Shown here: positions 19,793 to 28,941 of the stretch, one piece after another
How the letters are laid out: each line of letters begins with the position of its first letter
Numbering within the stretch: the stretch's first letter is position 1
Assembly (NCBI GenBank): GCA_965213685.1
Contig: CBDBZY010000010.1
Span: forward strand, 1 to 53,558
Source: a bacterium
GTDB lineage: Bacteria > UBA8248
Length of the DNA: 53,558 nt
Direction of reading: 5' to 3'
Made by a program: the position numbers and the translations under genes
The notes under the pieces: model-generated
Told to the model about the DNA's origin: nothing
The model's database searches: none
The model's input: the letters and a program-made list of their open reading frames with translations, nothing else

Positions 19793-20838
19793 GCGCCGCG
19801 TTCCAGGGGGTGCAGGCCGAGTCGCCCGGCGATTTCATCGAGCTCCTCAAGCCGCTCGGGCGGCAGCGCAAAACCATTGCGCCTGCGCGTCGTCTCGTTT
19901 TGGCGTTCTATCTCGCCCGGCATGAAGATGTTTTCGACGCCCGCCGCCCGCGGCGTCGCCTTGATGGTGGAGACGAAGGCGCCGGCTGCGGCCCGGAATT
20001 CCGGCAAGGGAAGCAGCGCCTCCACCCGTATGGCCGCGAAGACGCTGGCGACGCGGCTTTTGCCGCTGAATTCGTTGATGCCGACGATTTCGTGGCTGTG
20101 GCCTCCGCCGGCGAACGCGCCGAGTATGGCGTCGATGACGAGGGAAAGACCGCTTCCCTTGTAGCCCGCGATCGGGGAGAGGAGCGAGCTTTCGAGAACC
20201 TGCCCGGGGTCGGTGGTGGGCCTTCCCTCCGCGTCCAGCCCCCAGCCCTCGGGGATGGGCCTGCCCGCGCGCGCCGCCTCGATGATGTAGCCGCGGGCCA
20301 CGACGGAGAGCGCCATGTCCAGGACGACGGGCGGGTCGCTCGGCAGGGCGACGGCGATGGGATTGTTGCCGAGCATGGCCTCCTTGCCTCCCGCCGGCGG
20401 CAAAACGCGCAGCGTGTTCGTCGTCACGAGGCCCACCATCCCCGCCTCCGGCGCCATGGCCGCATATGTCGCCGCCGCGCCGAAGTGGTTGCTCTCCTTG
20501 AGGAGAACGACGCCCACGTTGTGCGCCCGGGCGCGGGCGATGGCCTCTTCCATCGCGCGTCTGGAGACCACCTGGCCCATGCCGTTGTCGCCGTCGGCGA
20601 GCGCGAGGGCGCCCGCGTCCTTGGCGATCCGGAAACGGGGGGTCGGGTTCGCCAGGCTGACCTCCAGGCGCTTGACGTAGTGCGGCATGCGGATCACGCC
20701 GTGGCTGGTGACGCCGCGCAACTCGGCCGCCACGAGCGTCTCCGCCGTCCAGTCGGCGTCCTCCTCCGGCAGACCCAGCCTGGCGAACGCCCGGCGCAGG
20801 AAAGAGTGGAGCGCCTCTCCCGTAACGTGTCCGCTCAT
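19789..20838 (-). CDS. Ldh_2 family (type 2 malate/L-lactate/sulfolactate) dehydrogenase
   Basis: LRGVTSHG, DGDNGMG, SNHFGAA, GNNPIA, GYKGSGL. Confidence 0.92.
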   Translation of the reverse strand: MSGHVTGEALHSFLRRAFARLGLPEEDADWTAETLVAAELRGVTSHGVIRMPHYVKRLEVSLANPTPRFRIAKDAGALALADGDNGMGQVVSRRAMEEAIARARAHNVGVVLLKESNHFGAAATYAAMAPEAGMVGLVTTNTLRVLPPAGGKEAMLGNNPIAVALPSDPPVVLDMALSVVARGYIIEAARAGRPIPEGWGLDAEGRPTTDPGQVLESSLLSPIAGYKGSGLSLVIDAILGAFAGGGHSHEIVGINEFSGKSRVASVFAAIRVEALLPLPEFRAAAGAFVSTIKATPRAAGVENIFMPGEIERQNETTRRRNGFALPPERLEELDEIAGRLGLHPLERGA

Positions 20839-21503
20839 GCGGTCCCCTCGCGCGTGAACAAATAGGCCATCCCGCGGCGGACGTGCTCGCCAGAGAACAC
20901 GCCGCCCAGAAAATCAGCCCGAGAGACCGACCAGCGGTTCACCTCGCTCAACTCCCGCACCCGCCAGCCGGGGGCGTTCCACAGCGCCTCGCCGCCGGCG
21001 TAGCCCGGCCCCGTTTGCGCCACCGCCAGGTACCAGCGCAGACTCGCCGTCCGCAGTATCAGCCGCTCGGCGCCCGAATCGAACGGCAACCAGCAGGAAA
21101 AGACGAAGTCAGGCGCGTGGGCTGTGAGCGCCCCTCCCGCGTCCAGGGGCTCGACTCCGTCGCCCCCGGCGGGGTCGGTGAGCCTCAGGTTCACCCCGCC
21201 CGCCCGCAGCGCCTTGCCGATCCCCGCGTCCCCGGCGCCCACCTCCACGGGCGTCCTGGGCGCGAGGCCGGAGATTTCCTCTGCCAGCGCGTCCAGCCAT
21301 TCGACGACGGGGAGCTGATAAACGCCTTGTTTCTCGCAGAAGGCGAGCCATCCCTCCCCCCGCTCCTCTTGGGAGAGACGCGCGATGGCCGCGGCGTAGG
21401 GCAGGGGGGTCGTCCCCCAAGTCTCCGCTGTGCGCGCGCGCGGTTGCCTCTGCTCGCCCGAGGGAAGCGCGAACGCCCCCTGGCGCCTAGACGCTGGGGC
21501 CAT
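20835..21503 (-). CDS. hypothetical protein with a class I SAM-methyltransferase-like motif
   Basis: VEVGAGDAGIG glycine loop, TD, FSCWLP. Overlaps both neighbours; start is 21503 or 21533. Confidence 0.55.
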   Translation of the reverse strand: MAPASRRQGAFALPSGEQRQPRARTAETWGTTPLPYAAAIARLSQEERGEGWLAFCEKQGVYQLPVVEWLDALAEEISGLAPRTPVEVGAGDAGIGKALRAGGVNLRLTDPAGGDGVEPLDAGGALTAHAPDFVFSCWLPFDSGAERLILRTASLRWYLAVAQTGPGYAGGEALWNAPGWRVRELSEVNRWSVSRADFLGGVFSGEHVRRGMAYLFTREGTA

Positions 21504-22698
21504 TTCTGTTGATGGCGAAGGCGTTGTCCTCATGGAGGATTTCGGCCTTCGTCATCTTTCCGCTCGCGACGTCTATCACCTCGTCGTATACGCGCCGTCC
21601 CGCCTCCTCGATGGGCAGGCCCTCGAAGATGTCCGTCACGTCCACGTCCGTGGTGTCGGCCTGGAGCCTGGCGGAAAGCGGGTTGCCCGTGATGCGGATG
21701 GTGCTCATCAGAGGGTGGTTGATGGTGTGCCCCCCGCCGGTGGAGAATATGAGCACCTGGGCGCCGCCCGCGGCGATGCCGGTGATGGATTCTCCGCCAT
21801 GGCCCGGCGTGTCCATGACGTGCAGGCCGCTTTCGCTCCCCGCGCGCTTCGCCCACGGAATCACGTCCACGATGGGTGCCGTGCCCGCCTTTTGAATGGC
21901 GCCCAGGGATTTCTCCTCAATCGTGCTCAGGCCGCCCTCCATGTTGTCGCCCGTCGGCTGGCTGCCTCTGAGGTCCACGCCGCAGGCGAGGATGCGCGCC
22001 TCCATCTCCTCCACCATCTTCCAGATGCGCTTGCCGAGCGCCGGTTCCACGCATTTCGCGGCCAGCACGTCCTCGCCGCCCATCATCTCCGTGGTTTCGG
22101 CCAGCAGCGCGCGCCCGCCCAGTTGGACGACCTGGTCCGTCACCCAGCCCGTGGCCTTGTTGTGCGAGAGTCCCGACGTCGTGTCGGAGGTTCCGCAGTT
22201 CAGCCCGAGCAGGAGCTGGCGCACGGGCACCTCCTCGCGGCGTTCGTTCGTGAGGTCGCGGAGCATCTCCATGCCGAGGCGCGTGGCCTTGGCCGTGGCG
22301 TCTATCGCCCCGCCGTCCTCGCGGATGTTGATGGCCTCCACCCGCTTGCCCGTCTGGGCGATCTCATGGGCGATCTCCTCCGCCGTGCACCCCTCCTCAC
22401 GGTGGTGATCGATGACGAGCACGGCGCCCGCGTTGGCGTTTTGCCCATGTCCGACGAGGGTCTCGAACGTGCGCTGGATGTCGGGGCCAATCTGGCAGCG
22501 CCCCAGCGGGTGGGTGAGGGCGACGCTGTGCCGCAGAGTTCTGGCCACGCGCTCGCACGTGGGGTTGGCGTACAGCGTGCCGCTCAGGACGAGGAGGTAG
22601 TTTCTCGCCCCCACGTCCCCGTTTTCCCGGGGGTATCCCCACCAGGTTTCTCTCATGCGTTCCGACGGTTTCGCGCCTTGTCCGTCTCTTCTGGCCAT
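21487..22698 (-). CDS. UxaA/GarD family dehydratase/lyase, large subunit (SuyB-like)
   Basis: GYPRENGDVGARN, HPLGRCQ, LNCGTSD, GNMEGGLSTIEEKSLG, MDTPG, FSTGGG. Confidence 0.88.
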   Translation of the reverse strand: MARRDGQGAKPSERMRETWWGYPRENGDVGARNYLLVLSGTLYANPTCERVARTLRHSVALTHPLGRCQIGPDIQRTFETLVGHGQNANAGAVLVIDHHREEGCTAEEIAHEIAQTGKRVEAINIREDGGAIDATAKATRLGMEMLRDLTNERREEVPVRQLLLGLNCGTSDTTSGLSHNKATGWVTDQVVQLGGRALLAETTEMMGGEDVLAAKCVEPALGKRIWKMVEEMEARILACGVDLRGSQPTGDNMEGGLSTIEEKSLGAIQKAGTAPIVDVIPWAKRAGSESGLHVMDTPGHGGESITGIAAGGAQVLIFSTGGGHTINHPLMSTIRITGNPLSARLQADTTDVDVTDIFEGLPIEEAGRRVYDEVIDVASGKMTKAEILHEDNAFAINRNGPSV

Positions 22699-22718
22699 GG
22701 TGTGCCTCCTCTTCCAGG

Positions 22719-23012
22719 CTAGGCGAGGTCGCCGCGGCCGCGGGCGCTCTCTATGTTGTGGACGTGAATGTAGTCGCCCACCTCGATGTCCCGGCTCGCC
22801 ACGCCGATGGACAGGCCATATTTCAGGCAGTGTTCGCCTTTTTTCAGGGGCTTGACGCAAATTTTGTGGATGTAGGGAATCGCCTGGTTGGCTCGGAGCG
22901 TCTCGCCCATTCTCCCGTTGCGCATGAGGCGAACGTCCCCTCCCTCCTCCACCTTTTCGAGACAGGTGGCCACGCTGTCTCCCTCTTCGATGATCATGGC
23001 GGTCACTGGCAT
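22719..23012 (-). CDS. UxaA family SAF-domain small subunit (SuyA-like)
   Basis: DSVAT, IPYIHK, KYGLSIG, IHVHNIESARGRGDL. Confidence 0.88.
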   Translation of the reverse strand: MPVTAMIIEEGDSVATCLEKVEEGGDVRLMRNGRMGETLRANQAIPYIHKICVKPLKKGEHCLKYGLSIGVASRDIEVGDYIHVHNIESARGRGDLA

Positions 23013-23155
23013 GTCTTCTCCTTCTTACAGAACGCGGGATGCGAAATATATCGCGCCCCGTCAGGCGATGGATGTGCGGGGAACGTCCAGTCAACGACCC
23101 GTCAACCTAGCGCATGGGGGGCGACACTTCAACAAAGGCGAGGGTTTTGTCGGAA

Positions 23156-24205
23156 TCAGGTTCTGGGCAACGGCGCCACGCCCACCTCCGCCGCGATGCG
23201 GTCCAGCTCCCGCGCCAGCGCCTCCTTGAGTGCGATGCCCTCCGAGAGGGCGGCGCGGTATCTGCGGTGGGCGCCCTCGCCCGGAATGCGAATCTCGTCG
23301 AAGCCGGGCGCCAGCCCCGACGCCTTGATCCGCGAGACGGCCTCGTCCACGGCCGCCTTGTAATCGCCGCCCAGGCATCTGTCCGGGTCTATCGCCATGA
23401 CGAACATGGGCAGGCCGAAGGGCGCCTCCTTCTCCAGCCAGTCGGGCCGGTCGGCGTCGAAGCCGTTGCCGGACAACGCCCCTGTCAGGAAGGTGAACAT
23501 CAGCGCCAGGCCGTATCCCTTGTAATCGGCGAGGGGCAGCATCGTCCCCCGCGCGGCGAGGGCGGCGTCCGTGGTCGGGTTGCCCGCAGGGTCCAGCGCC
23601 CATCCCTCGGGAATCGGCTCGCCCGCCTTCGCGGCGAGGAGCACGTAGCCTCTCGCCACCTTGGACGTGGCGATGTCGAAGAGTATGGGGTATTCCTGAC
23701 GGGAGGGGATGGCGAAGGCCACCGGGTTGTTGCCGATCATCCTCTCGGAGCCGCCCCACGGGGCGAGGTTTCCCACCGCGCCGCTGATGACCACGCCGAT
23801 CATGCCGTGCGCGAGCGCCATGGCGGCGAAGTAGCCGACGTGGCCCGTGTGGGAGGATTTCCGGATGGCCGCCGCGCCGACTCCGCAGGCTTTCGCCTTG
23901 TCGATGGCGACCTCCACGGCGCGGCGCCCGACGACGGCGCTCATGCCGTAGTCCCCGTCGAGCAGTGAGAAGGCGGGCAGGTCAGTGACGGTCCGGACGC
24001 GGGGCCTCGGGTTCGCCGTTGCGTTCTGGAGGCGCTCGACGAAGACCCCGAAGCGAACGCAGCCGTGCGAATGCACGCCCCTGAGCTCGGCGTCCACAAT
24101 CTGGGCCGCGCACATCCCGGCGTCCGGCCCGGGCAGGCCGACGGCCTGGTAGACGCGCGCGAGATAATCATGGAGGGCTTTCGCTGCGACCCGGACGTCC
24201 GGCAT
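23156..24205 (-). CDS. Ldh_2 family dehydrogenase
   Basis: LRGVHSHG, DGDYGM, SSHTG, GNNPVA, YKGYGL. ATG at 24205 with GAGGAG RBS. Confidence 0.92.
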   Translation of the reverse strand: MPDVRVAAKALHDYLARVYQAVGLPGPDAGMCAAQIVDAELRGVHSHGCVRFGVFVERLQNATANPRPRVRTVTDLPAFSLLDGDYGMSAVVGRRAVEVAIDKAKACGVGAAAIRKSSHTGHVGYFAAMALAHGMIGVVISGAVGNLAPWGGSERMIGNNPVAFAIPSRQEYPILFDIATSKVARGYVLLAAKAGEPIPEGWALDPAGNPTTDAALAARGTMLPLADYKGYGLALMFTFLTGALSGNGFDADRPDWLEKEAPFGLPMFVMAIDPDRCLGGDYKAAVDEAVSRIKASGLAPGFDEIRIPGEGAHRRYRAALSEGIALKEALARELDRIAAEVGVAPLPRT

Positions 24206-24329
24206 GTTCTCCTCCTCGCGCGGGTGCCGCGGGCCGCGCACTCCCAAGGGCCCCGTCTTGGCGGATGCGAAAAAGAATGCTAAGAGCTGTCTCGTGGAGT
24301 TTGCCTTTACATATGGAGGATTCGCAAGC

Positions 24330-25418
24330 ATGAAAGCGTGGCGTTTCTATGCCTTTGGAGACATGCGGCTCGATGACGTGCCCGACCCCGAGGCGAAGCC
24401 GGGCTGGGCCGTGTGCAAGGTGCGGCGGGTGCAGCCGAGCATCACCGACGTGCAGAGGTATCTGGGAGTCGGAACCATCAATTCGGCGCTGTTGAAGGAG
24501 ATGCTCGAGGAGCATGCCCCCGTGCAGCTGCTGGGCCATGAGATGAGCGCGGAGGTCGTCGCGGTGGGCGACGGCGTCGCGCACCTGAGGCCGGGCGACA
24601 GGGTGTGCACCTCGGGGCACGTCCCCTGCCTGGAGTGCGCCTTCTGCCGGGAGGGCCGGGAGATGTATTGCGTCGACAAGCTGCACGTGGGGATCAACAC
24701 GCCGGGCGCATTCGCCGAGTACATCTCCCTTCCGGCGCACGGGCTCGTGAAGCCGCCCCAGACGCTCGACGATGCGTCCATAGCCTGCCTGCAGCCCCTC
24801 TCCTCCACCGTCGCCGCCATGCGCGACGCGCAGATTCGGCCCGGCGAGACGGTGGCCATCACCGGCCAGGGGGTCATGGGCCTCTACGCCCTGCAGGCGG
24901 CGCGCACGTGCGGGGCGGGTGCCGTCTACGTCACCGACGTGAAGGAGGAGGCCCTCGCCCTGAGCCGCAAATTCGGCGCGGATGAAATCATCGACGCGAG
25001 AGAGGGCGACCCTGCGGAGAGGGTGAGGGAGATCACGGAGGGCAAGGGCGTTGACCTCGTCTTTGAATGCGCCGGGGGGAATGCGGATCAGGGGCTCTCG
25101 GGCCACGCCACGCTTCGCCAGGCGACGCGCATGGTGCGCATCGGCGGGCGCGTCGTGCAGGTCGCCGGCCTCGTCGGGGAGGTGAAATTCGACCCGGTGT
25201 TCATGCGCGCGCAGGGGATTCGGTGGGTGTTTCCGGAAGGCCACGGCGCGGATACCGTGGCCCTGGGCGGGAGGTGGGCGGCCAGCGGGAGGATCGACGT
25301 GCGCTCCCTCGTCACGCACGAGGAGCGTGGAATCGAGAACCTGCCCCGGGTGATGGAGATCACCGGCAACAAGGCCGAGCATCGGGCCACGAACCCCTGC
25401 CAGCTCGTGCTGGCGTAG
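24330..25418 (+). CDS. zinc-binding (MDR) alcohol dehydrogenase family protein
   Basis: GHEMS, structural Zn site CLECAFCREGREMYC, GQGVMG. The usual catalytic Cys appears replaced by Ser (PSITD). Confidence 0.9.
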   Translation: MKAWRFYAFGDMRLDDVPDPEAKPGWAVCKVRRVQPSITDVQRYLGVGTINSALLKEMLEEHAPVQLLGHEMSAEVVAVGDGVAHLRPGDRVCTSGHVPCLECAFCREGREMYCVDKLHVGINTPGAFAEYISLPAHGLVKPPQTLDDASIACLQPLSSTVAAMRDAQIRPGETVAITGQGVMGLYALQAARTCGAGAVYVTDVKEEALALSRKFGADEIIDAREGDPAERVREITEGKGVDLVFECAGGNADQGLSGHATLRQATRMVRIGGRVVQVAGLVGEVKFDPVFMRAQGIRWVFPEGHGADTVALGGRWAASGRIDVRSLVTHEERGIENLPRVMEITGNKAEHRATNPCQLVLA

Positions 25419-25473
25419 GGGATGCTGTCTTGCTCATTTTTCTCATCATTTCATAAGCGGAAGGAGGGAGAGG

Positions 25474-26262
25474 ATGGACCTTGGCCTGAAGGGAAAGATC
25501 GCCATCGTGACGGGCGCGAGCCGGGGCATCGGCCGCGCGTGCGCGATCGCGCTCGGGAGGGAGGGCGCCCGCGTGTGCGCCACGGCGCGCGACGAGGCGC
25601 TCTTGGCGCAAGTGGCGGAGGACGTCAGTGCGGCGGGGGGCGAGGGCATGTTCGTCTCCTCCGACCTGACCACGCTGGACGGCTGCCGGAAGGTGGTGGA
25701 TGCGTGCGTGGCGGGCTTCGGCGGGGTGGACGTCCTCATCAACAGCGCGGGTGCTGCGAGGGGCGGAGACATCCTGACGCTGGACGCGGAGTTCATCGCG
25801 GAGGCGCTCACGCTGAAAACCTATGGCTATCTTCGCATGTCCCAGCTGGCGATCCCCCACATGCGGGAGAAGGGCTGGGGCCGGATCGTGAACGTCGCGG
25901 GCGGTGCGGGCGCGAGCCCGGCGCGGGGGAACATCCCCACGAGTGCGGCGAACATCACGGTGCTGAACAACACGAGAGCCCTCTCCGACGCCGTGGCGGG
26001 GGAGGGGGTGCAGGTGAACACCGTCTGCCCGGGCATGACGAACACGCAGCGCGCGCGGGATCTCATGCAGGGTCCGGCGGACAAGGCGGGCAAGGACGTC
26101 GAGGAGTTTCTCAAGGAGGTGGGAGGCAGGACGCCGGCCGGCAGAATCGCCGAACCCGAGGAGGTGGCGAACGTCGCCGTGTTCCTGGCCTCCGCCGCGT
26201 GCTCCTACGTGAACGGAAGCTCCATCTACATGGACGGCGGCAGCCGCAGGGCGACGCCATAG
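25474..26262 (+). CDS. SDR family oxidoreductase (no canonical YxxxK)
   Basis: TGASRGIG, NSAG, VNTVCPG. The catalytic position reads TSAAN. Confidence 0.9.
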   Translation: MDLGLKGKIAIVTGASRGIGRACAIALGREGARVCATARDEALLAQVAEDVSAAGGEGMFVSSDLTTLDGCRKVVDACVAGFGGVDVLINSAGAARGGDILTLDAEFIAEALTLKTYGYLRMSQLAIPHMREKGWGRIVNVAGGAGASPARGNIPTSAANITVLNNTRALSDAVAGEGVQVNTVCPGMTNTQRARDLMQGPADKAGKDVEEFLKEVGGRTPAGRIAEPEEVANVAVFLASAACSYVNGSSIYMDGGSRRATP

Positions 26263-26331
26263 GCCGCTGCTCCCCCCTGCTGGCGCGAAGGGCGAGGCGC
26301 GCATGCGCCCGACCCCGCGCGGGCGGGGGGG

Positions 26332-27093
26332 CTACATCGCCAGGGTGCCCCCGTCGCAGGAGATGAAGGCGCCGTTCATGAAATCGTTCTCGTCGGAGAC
26401 GAGGAAGAGCGAGACCTCGGCCATCTCCTCGGGGCTCGCAAAGCGGTTCACGGGTATTCTGGGCAGTTTCACCCGGGCGCGCTCCGGGTCGTCGATGTGG
26501 ATTTGCTTCACGCGCTCGCTCTCTGTGGTGCCCGGCATGAGGCAGTTGACGCGCAGTCCGAGGGGGCCGAGCTCCACGGCCAGTGCCCGCGTGAGATTGT
26601 GCATGGAGGTCTTCGTGGCGCAGTAGAGCGCGTTGCCGGCGACGCCGCGCTCGCCGTCGATGGAGCCGATCATCAGGATTTTCCCGCTGCCCTGCGGCGC
26701 CATGCGCCGGGCCGCCTCGCGCGTGGCGATGAATACGGATTTCGCGTTCACTTCGTATAAATCGTCAATCTCCCCGTCCGTGAACTCCAGAAATCTCTTG
26801 TGCGCCCGGGTGGCGGCGCAGTTCACCAGGATGTCGAGACCGCCCAGGAATTGCGCGCCATCGCCCACGATGTCGTTCGCCTTGCGCGCGTCTCGCAAGT
26901 CGTAGCATCGCCCATCGATCTGGCCGCCCTCCGCCCCGGATGCCGCGATGAGCGCATCGAGCCGCTCCCGGTGATGGCCGCCCGCCGCCCATACGGAGGC
27001 CCCCTCCGCGCTGAACCGGCGCGCGATGGCCGCGCCAATGCCCGAGGAGGCGCCCGTGACGATCGCCCGCTTTCCCGCTAGCCTGCCCGGCAT
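26332..27093 (-). CDS. SDR family oxidoreductase
   Basis: TGASSGIG, NCAA, YCATK, RVNCLMPG. Confidence 0.92.
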   Translation of the reverse strand: MPGRLAGKRAIVTGASSGIGAAIARRFSAEGASVWAAGGHHRERLDALIAASGAEGGQIDGRCYDLRDARKANDIVGDGAQFLGGLDILVNCAATRAHKRFLEFTDGEIDDLYEVNAKSVFIATREAARRMAPQGSGKILMIGSIDGERGVAGNALYCATKTSMHNLTRALAVELGPLGLRVNCLMPGTTESERVKQIHIDDPERARVKLPRIPVNRFASPEEMAEVSLFLVSDENDFMNGAFISCDGGTLAM

Positions 27094-27192
27094 GTTTTTT
27101 CGCTCCTTGAAGTATTGCATCGCTCCCATGCTTTCTCATTTGCGCCATCATATCTTTTCTGTAAAAAATCTTCAATACAATATGTTGTAGGA

Positions 27193-27221
27193 TTGACTTC
27201 AGAAGTATGAGCGGATATAGT
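27193..27221 (+). promoter_or_regulatory. sigma70-type promoter TTGACT-N17-TATAGT
   Basis: Near-consensus -35 and -10 with 17 nt spacing, 48 nt upstream of ATG 27269. Confidence 0.7.
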
Positions 27222-27268
27222 TGTTTTCGCTTTTTTTTCATCGACAACTTCAGGCAAGGGAAAATATA

Positions 27269-27625
27269 ATGATTCGCAAAATTATAGAAAATATAATCAC
27301 TCCCCAAAATATATCAGAAGAAAAAAGAGAATACCTGAGAAGTCGGGTGCGGCGCTGGGTAACTTATTTGGCCGCGTTCTATGTGTTTGGAGGCGGTCTC
27401 GCATTGATTGGAATCGTTCTTTGCAAGGACAAAGAGTTACTAGCCCATGCGAAGGAGATTTATCATCTCATTCTCCCCATAGCCACAGGAATAATTACGT
27501 ATTGGTTTGCAAGCAGAAAACCGACAGAAAACAAGGAGGCTTCCGCAGGCAACGGAGACAAAGGATCAGGGGAAAATGGCCCAGAGAACCCCGATACGCC
27601 CGACGACAGCGCAGAAACAGGGTGA
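27269..27625 (+). CDS. low-GC two-TM hypothetical protein
   Basis: AT-rich codons, two hydrophobic helices ending ILPIATGIITYWFASRK, acidic disordered tail. Confidence 0.75.
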   Translation: MIRKIIENIITPQNISEEKREYLRSRVRRWVTYLAAFYVFGGGLALIGIVLCKDKELLAHAKEIYHLILPIATGIITYWFASRKPTENKEASAGNGDKGSGENGPENPDTPDDSAETG

Positions 27626-27735
27626 GCAGGGCAAAATAGTATTCACATGAAAGTCATATGAAAGTAAATTTTGCGCGGAATTCTGGGGTGGGGTGGGATT
27701 CGGTTGCTTTGGTTTATTATCCTCCCCCCTCCAGG

Positions 27736-28629
27736 CTACTCCCCCTCCTCCTCATCCGGCAGCAGCGCGGATTCTCCCATCGAGCGCGGATCGCGCGTCG
27801 GCCAGCGGCCGGCGTCCACCTCGGTGATGAAATCGAGAACGATGCGGTTGAACATGGCGGGCTCCTCGAGGTTGATGAGGTGGCCCGCGTTGGGAAACGT
27901 GACGAGGGCGGCTGTCCGGATGTTGCGCTTCATGAATAGCGCGGGCTCCAGGCAGGGGTAATCCTCGTCTCCCGTGAGGATGAGCGTGGGGACGGAGCAG
28001 TTTTGCATCCGCTCTTCGAGTTCATAGACGGAGGGCCTGGCGCTTTGCACCCCGCGCATCGTGTTGGCACAGCCCAGCGGGGAGTGGCTCATGAAGTGGT
28101 CGATGAATTTTTGATAGGCGATTCCGTCCTTCCTCTTCAGCTGCATGCGCGTGGGGCCTGCGGTGTAGACGGGACCGAAATCCGCCATGCCCTCGTTCAG
28201 GAATCGATCCGCCACGATTTCCGCGTCTTTTTGAAATTCCGCGCGCTTGTCGGGTTCGGAGCCGTAGCCGCACCCGGCGACGACGATGGAGCGGGCGAGT
28301 TCCGGGTGGCGGAGGCCCAGGTGGAGGGCGGCGTATCCGCCCATCGAGAGGCCCACGACGTGGGCGGGGTCGAGTGCCAGCCCCCGGATGACGCCGGCGA
28401 GGTCGTCCACGGCGATGTCCTGGCTGTATTGCGATGCGTCCTCCGGGACTTCGGAGGGCGGGAATCCCCTGGCGTTGAAGGCGACGACGCGGTATCTGCG
28501 GTTGAAATACCGGACCTGATCCTCCCAGCTGCGGCAATCGCCAGCGAATTCGTGAACGAAGACGACGGGCGCGCCCGCGCCGCTGGCTTCATAATACAGG
28601 CTGACGCCGTTTGCTTTCACTTCGGGCAT
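27736..28629 (-). CDS. alpha/beta fold hydrolase
   Basis: VFVHEFAG, FNARG, GLSMGG nucleophile elbow, GDED, AGHLINLE. ATG at 28629 with RBS. Confidence 0.92.
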   Translation of the reverse strand: MPEVKANGVSLYYEASGAGAPVVFVHEFAGDCRSWEDQVRYFNRRYRVVAFNARGFPPSEVPEDASQYSQDIAVDDLAGVIRGLALDPAHVVGLSMGGYAALHLGLRHPELARSIVVAGCGYGSEPDKRAEFQKDAEIVADRFLNEGMADFGPVYTAGPTRMQLKRKDGIAYQKFIDHFMSHSPLGCANTMRGVQSARPSVYELEERMQNCSVPTLILTGDEDYPCLEPALFMKRNIRTAALVTFPNAGHLINLEEPAMFNRIVLDFITEVDAGRWPTRDPRSMGESALLPDEEEGE

Positions 28630-28941
28630 GGTGTCCTCTCCTCGCAGGGGGTGGCGCATGGCGTGGCACACCTCGCTTCTTACGGCAGAACGGAGAAAAT
28701 GACAACAACGCGGACGGCGGAATTCTCCCGTGTTCCGGATGGCGCCGCCCGTTATCGAAAATTCGCCATCCAGGGGGGTTGATTTCTGCGGGCGCCTGGC
28801 CCATGATGCGCCCGACTCGTGGAAGTGCGGTCTTTGTTGCGTGAACGCTTGTGATGGGGCGAACCCGCCCGGGCGCCCCAACAAACCTGAAGTGAAACTC
28901 CAGGATGCCCTGACGAACGATGGGAAAATAGGGGGAATGCC

